In this document: piece after piece, positions 1 through 11,480 of the stretch | Position numbering within the stretch: position 1 is the stretch's first letter | Layout of the letters: every line of letters begins with the position of its first letter | Assembly (NCBI RefSeq): GCF_000142905.1 | Contig: NW_013657659.1 | Span: forward strand, 213,487-277,486 | Length of the DNA stretch: 64,000 bases | Reading direction: 5' to 3' | Source: Thecamonas trahens ATCC 50062 | Lineage: Eukaryota > Protista > Apusomonadida | Notes under the pieces: model-generated | The model's database searches: none | Seen by the model: the letters and a program-made list of their open reading frames with translations, nothing else | What the model was told of the DNA's origin: nothing | Program-made: the position numbers and the translations under genes

Positions 1-3000
1 GCGGTTGAGCGAGACCAGATCGCGCGCCTCGAGCACCGTCACCGTCAGCCGCGATGAGACCTCAACGGCTGCCGCCGCTGTCTCCTCGCCCGCTGCGTGG
101 TGGGTCGGCATCTCACGCCCGCTGCGGCCCTTGGCCGGCGACGCCGCATCCCGCACCGCCGCCTTGGCCTCCATCAGCGTCTCCAGCCGCGCCGCCTCGT
201 CCACAATGTTGTTCTTGGTGATCCGGAGATGGACCTTGCCGCGCGGCGCGCCCTTGAGCGCCACCCAAAGGTCCTCCTGGGTGCCCTCCTCCAGCGGCGC
301 GACAGCAATCTCGGCCGTGCCGAGCGCCTTGGACGCGGCACGGCGGTTCCAATCGTACACCGTGACATACATCCGCTCGTCCGGCTCGCCAGACGCAAAC
401 AGCTGGACCTTTGCGTTCCACCGCGGTTCGGTGGTGTACTTGAGTGTCGGCGACTCCCACGACTTGGTTCCTAGCCGCACAATGACAAACGGGTCGGCAA
501 GTCCGTTCGACTTTTTGCCCACCAGATCCGTCGCCTCCACCACCACCAGCGAGAGCTCGTACTTGGCCGCCGACGCCATGGCGCCCGAAAACGTGGCCAG
601 CCGCGAGCCGACTGCAGGCCCGCCAACCGCCGCCGTCTCCGAGGTAAACTCGACCTTGATCTGCACTTCACCGAGCTCCTTGTCCTGCTTCCCACTCTCG
701 TCATGGAGCGTGAGCCAGAACTTGAGCGGCCGCTCATGAGCCAAGTCCTTGAGTGAGACCTCGGCCGCGCCCATGAACTTGGCCGATCCCATCATGTTCC
801 AGTCGAGAACCGTGAGATGGAGCGGTGCGACCCGAGTCACCCGCTCAAAGACAAACGTCTCGTTCCACGTCGGGTTCACCGTCTTCTTGATCTTTCGTGA
901 GGTGTGCACGCTTGTGCCGAGCTGGAGCCGCACAAACGGATCGGCTGCCTTGGAGTGCTTGTCCATCACCTTGAGGTCCGCGCCTGACATGAGCGTCACC
1001 GTCACCGTGCCCACGTCGGAGAGCAGGTGCATGGCCGCCACCGTGCCGGCGTCGGTCACCCCAACCGCCATGCCGGTCGCCATGTCAGCAAAGACCGGCT
1101 TGCTCTCAAGCGTTAGCCCGAGCTGGATCTCACCCGACGCCACGTTCGCTAGCTTGTACCAGTTGACGCTCTCCGGCGCGTTGGCGGCCAGCGAACTGAG
1201 CTTGATCTCCAGCTCGCCAATGGGGTCATCCTTGGAGCCGCGGTCCCAGTCAAATACAGTGACTGCAAGCTTCTCGCGCCACCGCTTGCTGGATGCGTCG
1301 GTCGAGCCCGCAAACTCAAACGTCTCGCCCCACTTGGGCTCCAGCGTCTTCATCTTGGTCGCCGTCTTGACCAGCGACGACTCGCCGGCCTTGCGGAGTT
1401 TGAGCGTGACGTACGGATCCGACTTGCCGAAACGGTCGGCCTTGATTAGCTTGCGCGCTTGGATGACTCGGACCGTCAGCTTGTGCTCAAACGAAATCGG
1501 GACCTTGGTCGCCTGCAGCGCACCGCTCCGGCCGGCGTCTTCGCTTGTCTCGCCAGCATCGGACCCAAACCACGAGTCGCCGTCGTCTACCGCGGCGGCT
1601 GCATCGCTGTCACCACCCTCGGCCTCGTCGACCTCGTGAGCCTGCCGCGAGAGCATCACGCCACCGTCTGAGAGCCGCAGCACGTCCGGATGCCCGCTGC
1701 CAAGCGCCGCCGCGGCGGCAGAGTGCGGAGCTTGTGGCGCGAGCGTCGACCGCCGGTACGAGAGGCCGATGAGGAGCTCGCCCTGAGAGAACCCGTTGTC
1801 AGCGGACGGACCGCGGCTCTCGGACCCGCGGTCGTCGCCGCCGCTCTCAGCCTCCTTGCCCTTATCCTTGCGCTTCCGGCGAGCCTTGGCCTTTTTCTCG
1901 GCCGCCTTGGCCGCCTTGGCCGCCTTGGCCGCGCCCTTGTCGTCGGTAGCAAAAAACAGTGGGTACCAGGTCTTGTACTCTTCGTCGTCGGCCGACGGCT
2001 CGTCAACCGGCGCGGCGAGAAAGTCCTCCAGCGCGTCGAGCGGGACAACGACGCGACCCATGAGATCGTTGCTTCCGACCCGGTCCCAGTCCCAGACCTC
2101 GCAGTGGAGCGCGAGCGTCTTGCGGGCCTCGACATTTGTCGCGTACGGCGGCGGAAGCTCGAGATCTAGCCCCTGGGTCCACACCGGGAACAGCGTTGCC
2201 TTGCGGGTCACCGAGGTGGCTGAGATCGGCTCGAACGAGCCGGGCCGACAGACCGGGAGCCCGTCGCTCGTGGTGACAAGCGTGACCTTGACAAATGGGT
2301 CTGACGTGCCAGATCGGTCGTGCGCCGCAAGATTGCGGCCTTGGTACAGCATGCACCGCAGGTGCGAGATCGGAAGCGCGTAGGTAGCCAGCGCCGCATC
2401 GTCCGACGTCTCAACAACCGCCGCACGCGCCGCCGCCGCAACCTGCCACCCACCCGTCAGCACCACCCGGCCGGGCGGGGAGAGCGTAGCCTCTTTGCCG
2501 CGAAGAGCTGCTCGAAGCGTGCCGCCCGCCGCGTTGAGGAGCGCTGAGACTGGAAAGGCCGTTGCGCCCAGCAGATCATGCGAGACCTCGCGGCGAGGGT
2601 CCTTGTACACCACCGAGAGATGGACCACATCAGTGGCTTTGACGGCAGCAAAGGTAAACTGCTCGTTGTCCCACGCAATCTTGCCGTGCCGCACACGGTG
2701 GGTGTGAGACGTCGCCTCGGACTCGCCAACTGCCAGCACCGCCTTGATCCGCGGATGGCCCGGCAGGTCAATGTCGATCAGCTCTTCGAGCTTGATCACC
2801 AGGTTGCCGGTCGAAAACGGATCCGCCGGCCCAGTAATCTCCGCCGCATACGCCGCAGCATCGTTCGGGTCGGTGGCGTGAAAGTTGGCCCGCTGGCCCT
2901 CTTCGCTGAGGTACTGGTCACGGAGGCCGGCGGCCAGCGGCCGCTCATCAGCACCGCCCTCGACCCCGGACCTGGCCTCGTTGCTCAGCCGCGGAACGTG

Positions 3001-3548
3001 CACAATGTGCCCAGCCGAGCCCTCGACTGCAACGCTCTCGCCCGGTGCAACCGAGCCGTCATTGATGAGCGTTCGCTCGTACCGCGCGTTGACGTAGAGC
3101 ACGCCATCGTCACCGTCGCGGAGAGGGAGGGCCAGCTCGACCGTCTCGTTTGGCGGAAGATCGATGAGCTTGACCCGGGCAGTGCCCAACGATTGCTTCG
3201 ATTTGAACTTGTTCTGTACATACAGGGGGAGAAGGGGGGGGTGGGGGGGGGGGTGCGGTGAGGTAGCTGTGGTGGTGGGGGGAGGAGGAGGAGGGGGGGG
3301 GGGGTGCTTGGCTGGCGTACCCAGTCAAAGACGTAGAAGACCACGGCAGAGTCATCATCCAGCAGAGAGCGGTCGATGCTAAACTCTGTGTCTGCCTCAA
3401 CCCAGACCGGGTTGAGCGTGTCTTCGATCTTCTCCGTCTTGTACTTTGCCTCGCCGAGGCGGACCACCACATACGGGTCGGACAGCCCGTTGCTGTCGGC
3501 GGCCTTGAGCGAGGTGGCTCTCACCACCTTGATCCACACCTTGTCCAT
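1..3548 (-). CDS. Multi-C2-domain protein (at least 7 C2 domains), 3' end outside the window; intron 3214-3320
   Basis: ATG at 3548 (MDKVWIKVVRATSLKAADSNGLSDPYV...VFDW). The GTACGC..TACAG intron joins to NKFKSKQSLG, and the same frame is used at position 1 (TVLEARDLVSLNR). Repeated C2 motifs: GRNLAAHDRSGTSDPFV, ARKLIKADRFGKSDPYV, GADLKVMDKHSKAADPFV, ATDLVGKKSNGLADPFV. Confidence 0.88.
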
Positions 3549-3740
3549 ACTGAGCTTTTCCACTGCAGGCTAGGAGGAGGAGGGGTGTGTGTGCCCGTAG
3601 TGGGATGAGAGAGTGGAGTGTAAGGGCGTGAAGGGGAGGAAGGGGGGGAGGGGGGGGGGCGCTTGGAGCGAGGGAGGAGAGGGAGCTGACGTGTTTGTTT
3701 GGTGGCTTTTTCGACACCTCGCTCGACGGCCACTCCACCA

Positions 3741-3794
3741 CCGACCGCCGACCACCGACCGCCGACCACCGACCGCCGACCACCGACCGCCGAC
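3741..3794. repeat. Tandem repeat (CCGACCGCCGACCA), about 4 copies, in the divergent C2/CDC73 promoter
   Basis: Directly visible 7/14-bp periodicity. Confidence 0.85.
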
Positions 3795-3966
3795 TGTCGA
3801 GTTGTCCGAGTCGCCTCCGATCCCGCCCCTCCTTTCCCTCCCTCCCCGCTCCAGCCCACTACCATACCGAAACCCACCCCACCCCACCCCAACCTTCCAC
3901 CCCACCCCACCCCCCCCCCACTTCCCACCTCCCCCACTCTTCCCCCCCCCACCACACACACCACAT

Positions 3967-5460
3967 ATGAGCCAGGAGCCCGACTACCTGGTGCTGCTGC
4001 ACGAGTACACCCATGGGCGGGTGGCGGTGGACGACAAGCGCGAGGCCCGCGAGCTGGAGTTCTCGCCAAAAGACGGCCCGTCGCACACGGCGGCGTACGA
4101 CACGCCCGTGGGCATGGTGTACAAGACCAAGTCGGTTGCCTTTCCGCTCATTCAGTTCTGGATTCTGGCTTCCGAGCTCGGCTCCGAGTCGTCGTCGTCG
4201 TCGGTGACCAGCGACTTTTACGCTGTCACCGCCAAGCGCGGCCTCGCCCAGGACGGTCTCCTCGACTTTCTGCAGGCCAAGCACGTCCGCGCCATGCTCT
4301 TTGCGGACGGTATTGACCCGGCTGGCGACGTGGTGCCGCTCTCGCTGGCGGGGGGTGCACCTGCCACTGATGCCGCCACTGCCGCCCCGGCCGCCGAGCC
4401 AGCACCAGCCAAGCGCTCGCACTCGGACATGGTGGCCGGAGGCGCCACGACTGGGCTCGCAAGTGCCGGCCCTGGTGGTAACGACGCCGCCTCAGAGGGC
4501 ACGCCGGCCAAGCGCCAGAAGACGCTGGCTGGCGCGAGCGGCGTGGGCGACCGGGCTTCGAGCGACCTGCATGCCGACATGGTGGCTGGCATGAGCGACG
4601 ACGAGGTGCTGCGGCTTGTCCAGCGCAAGGAGCGCCACATGCACACCCGCAAGTCGGTCCTGCAGTGCGCCTCGGGCCTCCCATTCTCACGGGTGCTTAA
4701 GGTTCTTGACGACACGCTCAACGCCGAGAAGGCAGCCGCCGAAGCCGCCAAGGCCGAGAAGGACGCCGGTTACTCGCGGTACAACGTCGACGAGAAGAAG
4801 GCGCTCGAGGCCGCCGGCATTGCTGCCGGCGACTTTGGCATCAACACGTCGGCGTCGTACCTGCCTGGCTTTGGCTCGGCGCCGGCACCGGCGCCCGCCG
4901 CGCCGTCGGCGCCCAAGCCGGCCTCGCGCTCCAATTCGTCCGCCGCCCTCCCCAAGCACGCACCCAAGGGAAAGCCTATCATCCTTGTTCCTGGAGGCGC
5001 GTCGACGCTCATTAACCTGTACAACGTTCGCGACTTTCTGGAGCGTCACTCGTTTGTGACCGCCGAAGAGAAGCGCGCCGCCGGCGGCCGCCGCAACCCC
5101 AAAACCGTTGTCGTCCGCCAGCGCGGCGACGAGCGTGTGCCGTACCGCGTCGAGGACGACCCCAACAAGCTGACCAGCGACGAGTGGACCCGCGTTGTCG
5201 CCGTCTTTGTCGCAGGTCCCAAGTGGCAGTTTAAGGGCTGGCCGTGGAACGACCCCGTCGACATTCTCGCCCATGTCCGCGGCTTCCACCTGCAGTTTGA
5301 CGACGAGTCCATTCCGGCCAACGTCAAGAAGTGGAACGTCCATGTCATGCGCATCTCCAAGGTGGTCCGCCACCGCGACCGCGCCATTGCCAACGCGTTC
5401 TGGGAGGAGCTCGACCGCTGGCTCACCCGCCGCAACAACTCGTCGCTCCGCGCGTGGTAG
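3967..5460 (+). CDS. CDC73: Parafibromin / Paf1 complex subunit CDC73
   Basis: C-terminal motifs KPIILVPGGASTLINLYNVRDFL and WTRVVAVFVAGPKWQFKGWPW. Start placed at the first ATG after the C-rich leader. Confidence 0.9.
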   Translation: MSQEPDYLVLLHEYTHGRVAVDDKREARELEFSPKDGPSHTAAYDTPVGMVYKTKSVAFPLIQFWILASELGSESSSSSVTSDFYAVTAKRGLAQDGLLDFLQAKHVRAMLFADGIDPAGDVVPLSLAGGAPATDAATAAPAAEPAPAKRSHSDMVAGGATTGLASAGPGGNDAASEGTPAKRQKTLAGASGVGDRASSDLHADMVAGMSDDEVLRLVQRKERHMHTRKSVLQCASGLPFSRVLKVLDDTLNAEKAAAEAAKAEKDAGYSRYNVDEKKALEAAGIAAGDFGINTSASYLPGFGSAPAPAPAAPSAPKPASRSNSSAALPKHAPKGKPIILVPGGASTLINLYNVRDFLERHSFVTAEEKRAAGGRRNPKTVVVRQRGDERVPYRVEDDPNKLTSDEWTRVVAVFVAGPKWQFKGWPWNDPVDILAHVRGFHLQFDDESIPANVKKWNVHVMRISKVVRHRDRAIANAFWEELDRWLTRRNNSSLRAW

Positions 5461-5463
5461 GTC

Positions 5464-8400
5464 TTACCGCAGCGCGTACCCGCATCCGCACCGCCGCGCC
5501 TCGACGTCGTACAGATACTTATTGTAGCCAACAAGGCCAATGAACTCGACATCCACCCGCGGCGCAACCACTGCCCGCGCCTTGCGCGCCGCCTTGACCA
5601 GCGCCTTGGCCTTGGCCTTGGCCTGCTTTCGCCCGCTCAACAGCTCGGTCGTCGGCGCAATCGTCCCCACTCGCGAGCCAAGAAACTTGATGTGGACGTA
5701 CTTGCCTGCCGCGGGCATGCCAATGTCGATGACTTCGCTCGACCCGTTGCCCACTTCAAAGAACAGGATCGGCTCGGTCGACACCCCACGCCGCTTGAGC
5801 CTGCAGAACTCGTCGAGCGTCATCGAATCGTACTTGCGCGTGTAGCTCGCGAGCTTGGCCGCATCGAGCTCGTCGTGAACCCAGACCATGCCGTACCGCA
5901 ACGGATACGCCGCCACCTTGGGCACCCGCACTACAAGCTTCTCCAGCACAAACCCGTTGGTTTTGTACCCGCAGTGCTCAAAGACCACGTCCTGGTTGCC
6001 CGCCACACTTTGCGACGGCGCCGAGTAGTGAACCCGCGACTCGTCCGCGAGCAGCACGTTGCTGATCTTGGTTCGTGAAGATGCCTCGCCGCCGTTATAG
6101 AATACCACAGCAAAGTCGTTGTTGATGTACCCTTGAGCAGACGCCACCTGGAACAGCCGCTTCCGCCGGTCTGCAAACTGCAGCAGCGCAAACGCGCGCG
6201 TCCCGCTCAGACATCCACACACGCCCACAATAGCCCACAGGACCACGCTCAGCCACGGTGCGGCTTCGTGCAAGTTCACGCTCTCCAGCGACCGCCATGC
6301 GGCTCCAGTCATCGCCACCTGCCATCCAGCAATGAGCAAGGCACTCAGCGCAAGGTACCGTACCTCAGCCAGCGATGTCGACGTCGAGACAAAGGCGGCC
6401 ACCAGCGGCCCATACCCGTATAGTGAGATGGCAATAAGGTGCACAATGCATCCGCCGAGTCCGCCCGTCACCACCAAGCTGTACCCGACGCCGCGCCACG
6501 CCGTGAGCCCAAAGACGCCTCGCCCGGTATCGTGCTGCTCAATGAGCCAGTGGAGCCAGACAGGGACCACCACAAGCGCAGACGTCATCCCAGCCACCAG
6601 CACACACGACGGCAGCATCCGCAGCCGAATTCGTAGCGCGTGCTTCCAATCACGCGCCGCATGCCCGGCCGCGCTCGCAAGCAGATTGCTCAGCGCTGTC
6701 CGGTACACACCGGCCACCGCCGCGCAGACCACCACCTTGGAGTCCTCAAGCAGCCCGTTGCTCACCGGAATGTGGACCAGCTCGCTCGGCCCAAACTTTC
6801 GCTGAAACTCGGCCTTGTTGCGGATACGGAGCGCCGCCAAAGCCGCCACAAGTCCCAGACCGGTGAGCCCGGTCGCCAGACCGCGCAGCACCATGCTTGG
6901 CGCTGCTTCGCTGCTTGCCGCCGCCACCACCAGCATGACGGCGCCAAGTAGAACACCCATGGCGCCCAGCGCAAAGCTTGTCGCCAGCACCACGTGTTCC
7001 AGCACCATGTTGTCCGCCAGCGGCGAGTTCTCCACTGCACCCATCAGCCCCAGCAGGCCAAACAGGAACCAGACATTGATACCAGAAAAACCACCCCGAG
7101 CAAGAGCAGCGCCACGTCGGCCGGCGGTCCCTTGCGGCCCGACCGCTGCGCCGGTGATGGGTACGCCACCCCGGCCAGCCGCCGCTCGCGCACTCGCTCT
7201 GCCAAATCGACCACCGTCGACTCGTGGTCAGAGTCCGTATCGGACGACCGGAACGACGGCAGTGCACCGGCATCGAGTGCCATCTCTGTGTCCCGCCCGT
7301 CACGAGCCGCCCACTCCTCGGACGAGTCGCTCTCGTACTCGGACGACGATGGCGATGCCGACGATGACGACTGCGACGATGACAGCAAGTGCCGGCCTGG
7401 AGCCTCCAGCACCGTCGGATCGGACAGTGCGGTCATGCTACGCCTAAACAGAGCGACCGACCGCGCTTTGCGCTTCCGCACCACCGCCTCGTACTTGGCA
7501 AACCGCCTCGGCTGCGCAGCCGACTCGGCAGCGTCGCACGAGCGACTATGGAGAGTAAAGGCGGTCAGATAGCCAACAACGCCCATCGGGGCCAGCCACA
7601 TCCACAAAGTGTCGTCAAAGTTACGCGTCTCGCGGTCGCGCCCGGTCTTGTCCGAGAGCGTGGCGTCAAGCGCAGCAACAACCGCAGTTGCCAGTGTCCC
7701 GATGCCAGCCGTGACAAACGCTGCATGCGTAACGACGGGCCACACACCCCACAGCGCAGTCTCCCACGGCAGCGTCGGGAGGCGGATCCGACGCCCGAGC
7801 TGGCGCAGCCGCGTGTACGACAGCTTGGCTGGGAGCGGCGAGAGCGGGAGCCACGCAGTGAGCTCAAAGCCGCAGAGCGTCACTGCCATCAGCGACGCCA
7901 GGATCGCGGCCGCCAGCGGGTGACCTGCCAGCGCAACAGCGGCTAGCGACCACGGCGCCAAGAGTGGAATAGCTGACATGCGCAAGAGCACAAACCGAAG
8001 CGGCGCCGAGACCACAAATCGAGCTCGGCTCCGCCAGCAAGCCAGCACGCCCTGAATGAGGAGGAGGAGAACCGCAACCGCAACCATCGGCGCCCCTGCA
8101 TACGCCTGCTTGAGGACGCCCGGGCGGTCGCTGCTCTGCAGAAGGAGAACTCCGGTGGCGCCAAGCCCAACCGCGACGGCAAGCGTGGCAACATGGACCG
8201 CGACACCAAGCACTTGCTGGCCTCGGCTCTGCCATCGACTCCAGAACGCCAGGCCACGATGGGTCGGCGCGTGGGTGTCTCGGCCACGGTCGGACGGCTC
8301 AGCGTGCTGCTCTGAACCGCTCAGTGTCGACACTGACGAGCAGGATGCGCCCGAGCCCGTCGGAGACGGAAGCGATGACAGCGCAAACCGCGCATCAAGC

Positions 8401-9639
8401 TCGTCATCAGTTTCGTCCCTCGCGATGTAGCCGGCGTCCACAAGCGAGTCCACAACCGCATACGTCCGAGTAGTTGTCTCGAGGCGGGCGGCCAACATGG
8501 CAGCGCGGCGGTTGAGCGGCGTGGCTAGGGCCTCAAACTTGGTTGGCGACACCGAGATCGAGAGCGAGTTCGAGCTTGACGAGCCCGAGTACTCGTTGAC
8601 AGTGAGTGTGGCGGTCTCGTACGAGTCGCTCTCGTCGTCGTGGGTCTGTGCCACAAGGTAGCGGGAACCCCATCGAACGGCAGGCAGCGGCTGCGCAAGC
8701 TCGGGTGCGTAGCGGGTGCGGACCACATCGCGGGCGTTGGCGCTCGCCGATCGAGCCCATACCACCGCGTGCAGTTCACGAGCAAGCCACGGGAGGCCAA
8801 AGGCCAAAGCAGCGACCAACCCATAGTACTCGCCGGCACCAACCGTGATGCCGAGGACGGCCGGGACCGCAAGCAGGAGCGAGCGGGCAGAGCGAAGGGC
8901 GTAAAAGCCAGACTGCGGGGCGTCGCTTGTCGGATCAATGATCCACCACGCCATGCCGAACACCATGTGGCTCGCGACGAGGACCACGACGACCAGCAGC
9001 GGCCAGGCCATGGTCGGCTCGTCACTCACCCTGTTTCGCACATCGGGCAGATCGGCGGTCGTTGCTGACAAAGCGAGCATGATGCAGCCGGCGCCGGCAA
9101 CTACAACCAGCACGGCCTCGAGGATGCGCTGCAGAGTAAAGAGTGAGAGGAAGAGGCCCGAGTACTCGGCCATCCGCCACGGCAACCATTGCATGCGCCA
9201 GGTAGCGTAATAGTGTGGCTGCTCGGCAGCAAGGGTGGCCACTGGCGACGATGGCCACAGCGCCGCCAGCTCAAACACAAGCATCACTCCCACAATGAGG
9301 ACAAGAAGTGGGAGAACAAGAAACGGATCAAAGGTGAGCAGCGCCACCGTGCCCGAGACCACCACGCCAAACGTGTTCACCAGTGATCGGATGACAAAGG
9401 CATGGGTCTGCTTGCTCGCCATTGTCTCGCCTGCCATAGATGATTGTTGCGTCAGCATCAGAGTGAGTTGGGGTAGGGGTAGGGGGGGGTAGGGGGGTAG
9501 GGGGAGTACGGGCGATGTGCGTACCAGCGCACCAGTGGCCGAGAGTGAGCAGGCAGTGGGACAAGAGGAGGAGGGCTAGGACGAGGACTGATGGGGCATG
9601 TGTAGCATTCAGGACATGCGTGGCCACCAGTACTGCCAT
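5464..9639 (-). CDS. Large multi-pass membrane protein with a C-terminal beta-sandwich-like domain; intron 9431-9524; apparent frameshift at 7086-7090
   Basis: ORFs 7044-9458 and 5464-7044 join as VVFSGINVWFLFGLLGLMG if the T5 run is T6. Exon 1 (ATG 9639) splices in phase 1 via GTACGC..GGCAG. Many hydrophobic segments. Confidence 0.65.
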
Positions 9640-9917
9640 TACAGCCAGATGATGGGGGGGGGGGGAGTAGAAAGGGAAAGAAGTGTGTGAGGGTGGGTGT
9701 GTGAGGGTGTGTGTGTGTGTGAGGGTGTGGTGGGGGGGGTGTGGGGGGGGGGGGTGCGGACCACAGTCCACACACCCAACACCATTGTTCCCTTGGTGTG
9801 CCAACAACGTGGCATGCCAACAGCCACCAAACCGAATACCCAAAGGTGGCCTACACCCTGGTCTTGACTTGCCTCTCCCGGGGCCACCTCACTCCCATAC
9901 TCATTTCATACCACAAC

Positions 9918-11166
9918 ATGGCTGCCAACATTGAAGAGCTTGTCACCGACTTCCGGGTGGGTACCACCAGTATGTTGTTCAGAAGGGGGGGAGGGAGGGG
10001 AGGGGGGAGGGGGAGGGGAGAGCGGAGAGAGCGGGAGGGATGGGATCGTTGGTGTTAGCGGGTGAGCGAGGTGCCGGGGCAAGAGGGAGGGCAGGGACGG
10101 TAGGGTGGGGGGAAGGGGGAAGGGGGGGGGTGTTATTGTCGGTTGACTCACACAATGATATACAGTCAACCAGTTCATTGCGGCGATGGAGCGGCGTGTG
10201 CCCAACGCGACGGGAGCGCTGTCTGTGGTGCTGATGGAGATCGCGGTGGCATGCAAGCTCATTGCGTCCAAGATCAAGCGTGCCGGCATTGCCGACATCC
10301 TCGGCAAGGTCGAGGCTGAGAACTCGACCGGTGACGTGCAGGCCAAGCTCGATGTGCAGTCCAACTATCTGATGAAGCAGCGGCTGATGTCGACCAAGTA
10401 CGTTCTGGCGTACATCTCCGAGGAGGAGGAGGCACTCACCTTTGCCGACCCCGAGTCCAAGACTGCCAAGTTTGTGGTGGCCACCGATCCGCTCGACGGC
10501 TCGTCGAACGTCGACGTCAACGTGGGCGTCGGCACCATCTTTGGCATCTGGGAGCGCAAGACCGAGCGCGGGACGGCGTGTGACCCGGATGTCGACTGCC
10601 TGCAGCGCGGGCGTGACATGATTGCCTCGGGCTACGTGCTCTACGGCTCGTCGGTCGTCTTTGTCCTCACCGTCGGCGCTGGCTCGGGCGTCCACGAGTT
10701 TACCCTCGATCCGGCGCTTGGCGAGTTTGTGCTCTCGCGCGAGTTCATGACCTACCCCGACAAGTTCAAGCACTACTCTGTCAACGAGGGCAACTACGCC
10801 AAGTGGGACTCGGGTGTCAAAAACTTTGTCGACTACTGCAAGGCCGTCGACAAGGAGACCAACCGCCCCATCTCTGCCCGCTACATCGGCTCGTTTGTGG
10901 CCGACTTTCATCGCAACCTCATCTACGGTGGCCTCTACATGTACCCGGCCGACTCCAAGAACGCCCGCGGCAAGCTCCGCGTCATGTACGAGTGCGCTCC
11001 GCTGGCCCTCCTCTCCGAAGAGGCCGGCGGCCGTGCCACCGATGGTGAGGTCGACATCCTCGACATTATCCCCACCGGCCCACACATGCGCTCGCCGCTC
11101 TACATCGGCACCACCGAGTCGGTCGACCTTGCCGGAAAGTTCCTCTCTGGTGAGATCGAGGCGTAG
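9918..11166 (+). CDS. FBP: Fructose-1,6-bisphosphatase class I; intron 9970-10165
   Basis: SEE, DPLDGSSN, RYIGSFVADFHRNL and GKLRVMYEC motifs. The GTATGT..TACAG intron gives MAANIEELVTDFRVGTTINQFIAAM. Confidence 0.95.
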
Positions 11167-11480
11167 CCACCGTCCCAACCTTTGATTACAGCCGTGGACA
11201 TAGGTGATAGACCGCAGTACAATGCAAGAGGTACTCGCTGGTATCAAACCTGGCATCAACCACCAACATCAGCTGTGGCCAGCTTGAGCCGCAGAGCCCC
11301 CCCCCCCCCCCCCGCCTCCTCTCATCTTTGACAGCCGCCACGAGGCAAAAATCCGGTCACGTGCGCGCACCTCTGCCAACCGTGTGACTCAACCCCGCCA
11401 CCACGGAACGAGGACAAGGTCACGGACGAGTACTACACGCCCACGCCTGCCACCACTTCTCACGAGCCATCCGCTGAAGG

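Noticed and set aside
5-3261. Long plus-strand ORFs opposite the C2 gene, and many similar antisense ORFs across the window
   Set aside because: Shadow ORFs caused by GC-rich codon bias, with no domain motifs.
7042-7046. TGATG stop-start overlap suggesting translational coupling
   Set aside because: The downstream frame is already open and hydrophobic upstream of the ATG. A one-base error in the T5 run at 7086-7090 explains it more simply.
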